Shown: in pieces, positions 58,399 to 64,000 of the stretch
Position numbering within the stretch: position 1 is the stretch's first letter
Layout of the letters: every line of letters begins with the position of its first letter
Source: an uncultured Candidatus Saccharibacteria bacterium
GTDB taxonomy: Bacteria > Patescibacteriota > Minisyncoccia > UBA6257 > 1-14-0-10-40-38
DNA length: 64,000 nucleotides
Assembly (NCBI GenBank): GCA_964543265.1
Contig: CAZIWN010000001.1
Span: 38,470 to 102,469, forward strand
Direction: 5' to 3'
The notes under the pieces: model-generated
Told to the model about the DNA's origin: nothing
Databases searched by the model: none
What the model saw: the letters and a program-made list of their open reading frames with translations, nothing else
Made by a program: the position numbers and the translations under genes

Positions 58399-60942
58399 AT
58401 GAAAGAAAATAAAATCATCGTCAAAGGCGCTCGTCAGCATAATCTCAAAAACATCAATCTAGAAATTCCCAGAGACAAGATGGTTGTTTTTACTGGTCTT
58501 TCTGGATCTGGTAAATCTTCCCTAGCTTTCGACACAATTTTTGCCGAAGGACAAAGAAGATATATTGAGTCTCTTTCTGCCTATGCCAGGCAATTTTTAG
58601 GCAAACTAGATAAGCCAGACGTGGACGAAATAACTGGCCTTTCTCCGGCAATTTCAATAGATCAAAAAAGCCACTCTGCCAATCCTCGTTCAACGGTAGC
58701 CACCATCACAGAAATCTACGACTATCTAAGAGTTCTTTTCGCCCGCGCGGGAAAACCTCATTGCCCAAACTGTGGCAGTGAAATTAAAAAACTTACCAAC
58801 GAAGAAATCGTTGATATCGCCATAGATTTCGCTCGTGAAAATAAAGGAGAAAATAATTTAAGCATTTTAGCTCCAGTTATTCGCGGTAGAAAAGGGGAAT
58901 ATTATCAGTTGCTTTATGATCTATTAAATTCGGGATATAGAGAAGTTAGAATCGACGGCAAATATCATAACCTAAAAGAAAGAATTGAGCTTTCAAAATA
59001 TAAAATCCACAATATCGATCTACTCTTAGATAGAATTCCTGGAATGTTAGATTTCAAAGATAAAGACAATCGCTTAAGGGTTTCGGAAGCCATAGAAAAT
59101 GCTTTGAAATATGGAAATGGAGTGGTAACCGTCATCACTAATAAAGAAATATCTTTGTCTTCAAAATTCACTTGCGCCAACGACGGTTTTTCTTTCCCAG
59201 AAATAGAGCCAAGATTATTCTCTTTCAATTCTCCCTATGGCGCCTGCGAAGCCTGCGGCGGTTTGGGAACAGAGTCAATTTTTTCTGAAAAAATCTGTCC
59301 AAAATGCGATGGCAAAAGGCTAAAACCAGAATCTTTAAGTGTTTTAATTCAAGGCAAGAATATCGCCAACGTTGTTTCGATGTCTATTCAGGATGTTTAC
59401 GATTACTTTTTAGAACTTATAAAAAAACTAAAAGACGACAAGAAAAAAGAAAATACTTTTCATATTGCCGAAGCTCCGATAAAAGAAATTTCATCTCGTC
59501 TTAAATTCTTACTAGATGTGGGTTTGGATTATTTATCGCTTGAAAGAAAAGCTGGAACTTTATCTGGCGGAGAAGCGCAAAGGATTCGCTTAGCTTCACA
59601 AATCGGTTCCCGCCTTGTCGGCACTCTTTATATCTTAGATGAACCAACAATAGGCCTTCATCAAAGGGATAATGAAAAATTAATTCATACCCTCTTAGAT
59701 TTAAGAGACATTGGGAACACCATCATTGTCGTTGAGCACGACGAAGACACCATTAGATCTTCCGATTATTTAGTTGATATCGGCCCAGAAGCCGGAATCC
59801 ACGGGGGTAAAATTGTTGCCGAAGGACCAATCCCTCAAATTTTAAATGATAAAAAAGCAGAAAGTGCATCTTTAACCATTCAATATCTTAATGGAAAGAA
59901 ATTTATAGAAACTCCCGCCAAGAGAAGGGAGATCAAAAAAAATCACGACTTCTTAAAATTGAAAGGAGTTGATGCTAATAACTTAAAAAATATTGATTTA
60001 GAAATTCCTCTAAGAAGATTTGTGGCGGTAACGGGTGTCTCTGGCTCAGGAAAAAGCACTTTAGTCTACGATGTCTTATATAAAACTCTCGCTAATAAAT
60101 TTAACGGTGCTGAATACAAACCAGGCAGTCATAAGGCCATTTTGGGATTGGAATATATCAATCGTGTGGTAAACGTGGATCAATCAGCCATTGGGCGAAC
60201 TCCAAGGTCAAATCCGGCAACCTATGTTGGCGCTTGGACTTATATCAGGGATCTTTTCGCCTCTTCGCCCGACGCCAAAGTCCGCGGCTATAAACCAGGC
60301 AGATTCAGTTTTAATGTTCCAGGCGGACGCTGCGAAAACTGCGAAGGCCATGGAGTAATTGCCATTGAAATGCATTTCTTACCGACGGTGTATGTTGAGT
60401 GCGATATTTGCCGTGGAAAAAGATTTGATCGTGAAACTCTTGAAGTTCTTTATAATGGAAAAAATATTTACGAAGTTTTAAAAATGAATGTCACGGAGGC
60501 CGCCAGTTTTTTCTACGATATTCCATGGCTCTATGACAGATTAAAAATCTTAGAAGATGTGGGATTAGGTTATCTTGAGATCGGCCAATCGGCTACAACT
60601 CTCTCCGGTGGAGAAGCTCAAAGAATTAAACTATCTGCCGAACTTGGGAAAAAAGATACTAGACGCAGTGTTTATATTTTAGACGAACCAACAACCGGTC
60701 TTCACTTCGCCGACATCCAAAAACTCTTAGAAGTTTTAAATAAGCTCGTTGATAGAGGAAACAGCGTTGTAGTAATTGAGCATAATTTAGATGTCATCAA
60801 AACCGCAGATTGGGTGATAGATTTAGGTCCAGAAGGGGGAGAAAAAGGAGGGAAAATAATCGCCGAAGGCACGCCAGAAGAAATCGCCAAAAAAGCCGGC
60901 AGTTTCACAGGAGAATATCTAAAGAAGGTTTTAAAGAAATAA
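58399..60942 (+). CDS. uvrA: Excinuclease ABC subunit A
   Basis: [14 protein letters not shown], two LSGGEAQRI, Zn fingers. Confidence 0.97.
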   Translation: MKENKIIVKGARQHNLKNINLEIPRDKMVVFTGLSGSGKSSLAFDTIFAEGQRRYIESLSAYARQFLGKLDKPDVDEITGLSPAISIDQKSHSANPRSTVATITEIYDYLRVLFARAGKPHCPNCGSEIKKLTNEEIVDIAIDFARENKGENNLSILAPVIRGRKGEYYQLLYDLLNSGYREVRIDGKYHNLKERIELSKYKIHNIDLLLDRIPGMLDFKDKDNRLRVSEAIENALKYGNGVVTVITNKEISLSSKFTCANDGFSFPEIEPRLFSFNSPYGACEACGGLGTESIFSEKICPKCDGKRLKPESLSVLIQGKNIANVVSMSIQDVYDYFLELIKKLKDDKKKENTFHIAEAPIKEISSRLKFLLDVGLDYLSLERKAGTLSGGEAQRIRLASQIGSRLVGTLYILDEPTIGLHQRDNEKLIHTLLDLRDIGNTIIVVEHDEDTIRSSDYLVDIGPEAGIHGGKIVAEGPIPQILNDKKAESASLTIQYLNGKKFIETPAKRREIKKNHDFLKLKGVDANNLKNIDLEIPLRRFVAVTGVSGSGKSTLVYDVLYKTLANKFNGAEYKPGSHKAILGLEYINRVVNVDQSAIGRTPRSNPATYVGAWTYIRDLFASSPDAKVRGYKPGRFSFNVPGGRCENCEGHGVIAIEMHFLPTVYVECDICRGKRFDRETLEVLYNGKNIYEVLKMNVTEAASFFYDIPWLYDRLKILEDVGLGYLEIGQSATTLSGGEAQRIKLSAELGKKDTRRSVYILDEPTTGLHFADIQKLLEVLNKLVDRGNSVVVIEHNLDVIKTADWVIDLGPEGGEKGGKIIAEGTPEEIAKKAGSFTGEYLKKVLKK

Positions 60943-60943
60943 T

Positions 60944-61513
60944 ATGGAAAAAATCAGATGCGAATGGTGCCTAAAAACTCCTTTATATATCAAATATCAT
61001 GATGAAGAGTGGGGCGTTCCAGTTCACGACGATAAAAAACTCTTTGAATTTTTAGTTTTAGAAAGCTTTCAAGCAGGACTTTCTTGGCTAACAATCTTAA
61101 ATAAACGAGAAAACTTTAGAAAAGCTTTCAAAAACTTCGATCCAATTAAAGTTTCTAAATTCACTAAAGTAGATTTTAATCGTTTAATTAAGGATGCCGG
61201 AATCATCCGAAATAAATTAAAAATTGAGGCCGCTATAAATAACGCCAAGCGATTTTTAGAAATTCAAAAAGAATTTGGAACTTTCGACAAATATGTCTGG
61301 AGTTTTATTAAAAACAACACAGTAATTAATAAAAATAAATCCATGAAAGACTATGTCGCAAAAAGCGAAGTTTCGGATGCTATGAGCGAAGATATGGGTC
61401 GTCGTGGTTTCAAGTTTCGCGGCTCAACCATCTGTTATGCCTTTATGCAGGCAGTTGGAATGGTTAATGACCACTTAGTTAATTGTTTCAGATATAAAGA
61501 ACTCACAAAATAG
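60944..61513 (+). CDS. tag: DNA-3-methyladenine glycosylase I
   Basis: RC.W, YHDEEWG, LESFQAGLSW, IIRNKLKI, NDH...C. Confidence 0.95.
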   Translation: MEKIRCEWCLKTPLYIKYHDEEWGVPVHDDKKLFEFLVLESFQAGLSWLTILNKRENFRKAFKNFDPIKVSKFTKVDFNRLIKDAGIIRNKLKIEAAINNAKRFLEIQKEFGTFDKYVWSFIKNNTVINKNKSMKDYVAKSEVSDAMSEDMGRRGFKFRGSTICYAFMQAVGMVNDHLVNCFRYKELTK

Positions 61514-61539
61514 GATTTCTTATTGTATAATTAAACCCA

Positions 61540-61821
61540 ATGAGGAAATATATTCTTTTTGGATTTTTAATTCTCGCTTTGGTATTTTTAGTCCGTGAAG
61601 CTAAAATTGTATATAATCAAAGACAAGATTTAGAAAAGCATTTTTCTGAACTGCAATCAGATTATGATGCTATGAAAAACAGGAATCAAAAATTAGCCGA
61701 AACTTTAGAGGCAATGAAAGATCCTGAGTTTAGAGAAAAATCATTAAAATCAACTTCAAATTATAGAAAAGCAGACGAAAAACTTTATATAGTTGTTCCT
61801 GGCAAAAAACAAAATGAATAA
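61540..61821 (+). CDS. Septum formation initiator (FtsB/DivIC-like)
   Basis: TM plus coiled coil, then DPEF.EK...E..Y.VVP. Confidence 0.65.
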   Translation: MRKYILFGFLILALVFLVREAKIVYNQRQDLEKHFSELQSDYDAMKNRNQKLAETLEAMKDPEFREKSLKSTSNYRKADEKLYIVVPGKKQNE

Positions 61822-62383
61822 ATATCACATAACTCTTCTTTCTTTCTTAGGTGTAGGAATGTTTATCTATTTTTTAACTATTAGCGGTAATTATCCCATT
61901 GCTTATGTTAATGGAGATTTTATTTCTCAAAAATCATATAACGAATATTTAGTTTCGGCAGTTCATTATTATTCAGAAGCTAGTAAGGTTGCTAATAACG
62001 GGGAGCCTATTCAGGATTTCTCTCCATATATACCGGAAATTAGGCGGTCAATTTTAGACAAAATAATTTCAGATTCAATTATAGAAAGCAGACTAGAGGA
62101 TGTTTTAGGAAGTGATTTAGATGGTATGGTTAGTAAAAAAATTGAACCAGCGATTCAAAGCGACAAATTTCCACAATATGCTTCTTCCTTATATGGAATT
62201 TCTTTTGAGAGAGTCAGAAAAATAGTTTTAGAGCCACAAGCTAGACAGGAAATCTTACAGGGCAGATTATCTCTTGAAAATCTTAATTTTGATAATTGGA
62301 TTTCAGAGGCTAAGAAAAATGCTAAAATACACATCTTTATAAACGACTTAAAATGGGACGGCTCTGCTGTTGCTTTTAAATAG
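61814..62383 (+). CDS. SurA/PrsA N-terminal-domain-like membrane protein
   Basis: TM, PIAYVNG..I, L..II...II, AKI C-terminus; start placed at ATG 61814. Confidence 0.65.
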   Translation: MNKYHITLLSFLGVGMFIYFLTISGNYPIAYVNGDFISQKSYNEYLVSAVHYYSEASKVANNGEPIQDFSPYIPEIRRSILDKIISDSIIESRLEDVLGSDLDGMVSKKIEPAIQSDKFPQYASSLYGISFERVRKIVLEPQARQEILQGRLSLENLNFDNWISEAKKNAKIHIFINDLKWDGSAVAFK

Positions 62384-62410
62384 GGTCTTTTCTAGAATCT
62401 AATTGGATCA

Positions 62411-62484
62411 GCGGAATTAGTACAGTGGTAGTACGCGACCTTCCCAAGGTTGAGACACGAGTTCGATTCTCGCATTCCGCTCCA
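62411..62484 (+). tRNA. tRNA-Gly(CCC), CCA encoded
   Basis: gcggaat/attccgc acceptor; loop TT-CCC-AA; TTCGATT T-loop. Confidence 0.92.
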
Positions 62485-62485
62485 T

Positions 62486-62558
62486 GCCACCTTAGCTCAG
62501 CCGGTAGAGCAACACTTTCGTAAAGTGGAGGTCCCGAGTTCGATTCTCGGAGGTGGCT
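62486..62558 (+). tRNA. tRNA-Thr(CGU)
   Basis: gccacct/aggtggc acceptor; loop TT-CGT-AA; TTCGATT T-loop. Confidence 0.92.
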
Positions 62559-62603
62559 CTAAATCTTGAACAATTGATTGATTTTGTTATGCTTTAAACA
62601 TAC

Positions 62604-62684
62604 ATGATTGCAATTCCAAAAAGAATTAATGGAAGTTGGTGGTTCGCCCAAATATCTAGAAGGGCGAGCTTTGTATTTGCATAA
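62604..62684 (+). CDS. Putative leader peptide MIAIPKRINGSWWFAQISRRASFVFA
   Basis: Hand translation; tandem TGG TGG at 62637-62642; upstream TGtTATGCT extended -10 at 62585-62593. Confidence 0.6.
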   Translation: MIAIPKRINGSWWFAQISRRASFVFA

Positions 62685-62742
62685 TACTTTTATATAATTT
62701 CAAATCTAAAACCCGCCCTTTAAACAGGGCGGGTTTCTTTTT
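62641..62742 (+). promoter_or_regulatory. Putative transcription attenuator (mutually exclusive 1:2, 2:3, 3:4 hairpins)
   Basis: 1 ggttcgccc / 2 gggcgagct; 2 aagggcg / 3 cgccctt; 3 aaacccgccct / 4 agggcgggttt plus cttttt. Confidence 0.65.
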
Positions 62743-62761
62743 CATAAGGAGTTTGAAAATC

Positions 62762-62932
62762 ATGGGTGGATGGATAGATCCAGATGACAGAGTTTTTATT
62801 AAGTCGCCCCTAGAAAGGAAAGGGGTTGAAGTTAAATGTGGATGCCTTAACTCTGATAGTGGCAAAAAGGAGTCTGATTGTGGATGTAGTTGCGATAATT
62901 GCTCAAGAGGCAAATGTCCTTTAAGGAAATAA
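62762..62932 (+). CDS. Orphan 56-aa Cys-rich (7 Cys) peptide, metallothionein-like tail
   Basis: Hand translation MGGWIDPDDRVFIKSPLERKGVEVKCGCLNSDSGKKESDCGCSCDNCSRGKCPLRK; TAAGGAG SD. Confidence 0.6.
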   Translation: MGGWIDPDDRVFIKSPLERKGVEVKCGCLNSDSGKKESDCGCSCDNCSRGKCPLRK

Positions 62933-62940
62933 ATAAAACC

Positions 62941-62976
62941 ATAGACCTGAATGTAACAAGTTTCATTCAGGTCTAT
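62941..62976 (+). terminator. Hairpin terminator
   Basis: atagacctgaatg/cattcaggtctat. Confidence 0.75.
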
Positions 62977-63019
62977 TATTATTTTACATTTTTCACTTCA
63001 TTCTTATACTTAAAGTATC

Positions 63020-63769
63020 ATGTTTAGTAACCTAACCGGCAAATACGACAAATTAAACGCTCATTTAACCATTTTCCCTGGTGCGGGTGGAGATGATGCT
63101 AAAGATTGGGCAGACATGCTTTTTAGTATGTATCTTAAATATGCCCAAAAAAGAAACTGGAAAGTTATTGAAACAGGTGATAGATCTTTGGAAATAAAAG
63201 GTGAATACGCTTATGGAAATTTAAAAAAAGAAATGGGAGTTCATCGCTTAGTAAGAATCTCTCCATTTTCAGCTAAAAAACTTCGCCACACTTCTTTTGC
63301 CTTAGTAGAGATTATTCCAGTCTTTGAAGCGGTAGAATTAAAAAATTTAAATATTCCTCCAGAAGACTTTAGGGTTGAGTTTACCCGTTCAAGCGGCCCT
63401 GGTGGACAAAACGTAAATAAAAGAGAAACTGCCGTTCGGGTGGTTCATATTCCAACTGGTCTAGCTTGCGAATCCCAAGCCGAGCGTGGTCAGGGCCAGA
63501 ACAGGGAAAAAGCCATGAATCTTTTAAAAGCCAAGCTTTTTCATATGATGCAGGCTAGTCAAATGAAAGAAATTTCAGAGCTTCGCACCAAAGTTAAACC
63601 AGAATGGGGAAATCAGATCCGTTCCTATGTGCTTCATCCATATAAACAGGTGGTAGATCACAGAACGAAGCTTAAAGTTCATAATCCAGAAGAAGTCTTA
63701 AATGGAGAATTGGATAAATTTATAGACGCAGAGCTAGATTTTCCAATGCAGGAAAATAATCCAATATAG
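63020..63769 (+). CDS. prfB: Peptide chain release factor 2, lacking N-terminal domain 1
   Basis: GAGG....[14 protein letters not shown] (SPF), GPGGQNVN (GGQ), WGNQIRSYV; upstream of ftsE. Confidence 0.88.
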   Translation: MFSNLTGKYDKLNAHLTIFPGAGGDDAKDWADMLFSMYLKYAQKRNWKVIETGDRSLEIKGEYAYGNLKKEMGVHRLVRISPFSAKKLRHTSFALVEIIPVFEAVELKNLNIPPEDFRVEFTRSSGPGGQNVNKRETAVRVVHIPTGLACESQAERGQGQNREKAMNLLKAKLFHMMQASQMKEISELRTKVKPEWGNQIRSYVLHPYKQVVDHRTKLKVHNPEEVLNGELDKFIDAELDFPMQENNPI

Positions 63770-63842
63770 CTTACTTATTGATTGTGTATTGCGGTTTGCG
63801 CTAACAGCTTCCTTTTGTGTTAAAATATATCATACAAGATAT

Positions 63843-64000
63843 ATGATAACTTTTTCGAACGTATCAAAGGCATATGATAAAAATTCTCCAGCGCTAGACA
63901 ATGTAGATCTCTTTATTAAAGACGGGGAATTTGTTTCTCTGGTTGGTAAATCCGGCGCCGGAAAATCAACCTTAATCAAGCTTTTAATAGGAGAAGAGAA
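63843..64000 (+). CDS. ftsE: Cell-division ABC ATPase FtsE, 5' fragment
   Basis: Hand translation [11 protein letters not shown]...[21 protein letters not shown]; common prfB-ftsE synteny. Confidence 0.75.
   Translation, partial: MITFSNVSKAYDKNSPALDNVDLFIKDGEFVSLVGKSGAGKSTLIKLLIGEE

Noticed and set aside
2829-60908. Numerous 60-230 aa ORFs antisense to or nested in recognised genes (e.g. 15367-16062, 36169-36612, 40504-40986, 43378-43785)
   Set aside because: Shadow frames of well-supported genes, with no independent signals or motifs
62656-62913. 85-aa minus-strand ORF from the track
   Set aside because: Antisense to the SD-led Cys-rich ORF and runs through the attenuator stems
62560-63019. 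tRNA-anchored integrative element, or frameshifted prfB N-terminus
   Set aside because: No duplicated tRNA 3' end, no integrase, no RF2-like upstream frame or CTT-TGA site
1-64000. CRISPR array, cas genes, integrase, transposase or prophage
   Set aside because: No regularly spaced direct repeats and no such protein motifs seen
1-64000. Alternative genetic code (TGA=Gly, as in Gracilibacteria/Absconditabacteria)
   Set aside because: Conserved genes are full length under code 11 with no internal TGA; TGA ends ORFs such as 23893-25323 and 31945-32430

Overview
AT-rich bacterial chromosome segment using standard code 11 (TGA acts as stop). It is most consistent with Patescibacteria/CPR (Parcubacteria-like): no rpmD (uL30) in the spc cluster, split ComEC, short AspRS and RF2, VirD4/HerA-like ATPase pair, and housekeeping genes mostly without Shine-Dalgarno sites. 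Core content: tgt, nth, an ABC-F, a PGI-GH13 fusion plus ROK kinase, a Gtr-like glycosylation locus, secDF, efp, mnmA, murD, comEC, a rearranged tuf-S10-spc-secY-rpsL-rpsG-fusA block, aspS, ndk, msrB, uvrBA, tag, prfB, the start of ftsE and three tRNAs. Two signals stand out, largely missed by the ORF track. (1) A textbook 1:2/2:3/3:4 ribosome-stalling attenuator with tandem Trp codons controls a 56-aa Cys-rich peptide next to the tRNA-Gly/Thr pair. (2) At least six dispersed, GC-richer orphan mini-cassettes each combine a promoter, a strong SD, a small ORF and a long hairpin. All product calls come from motif recognition by eye; no database searches were run.
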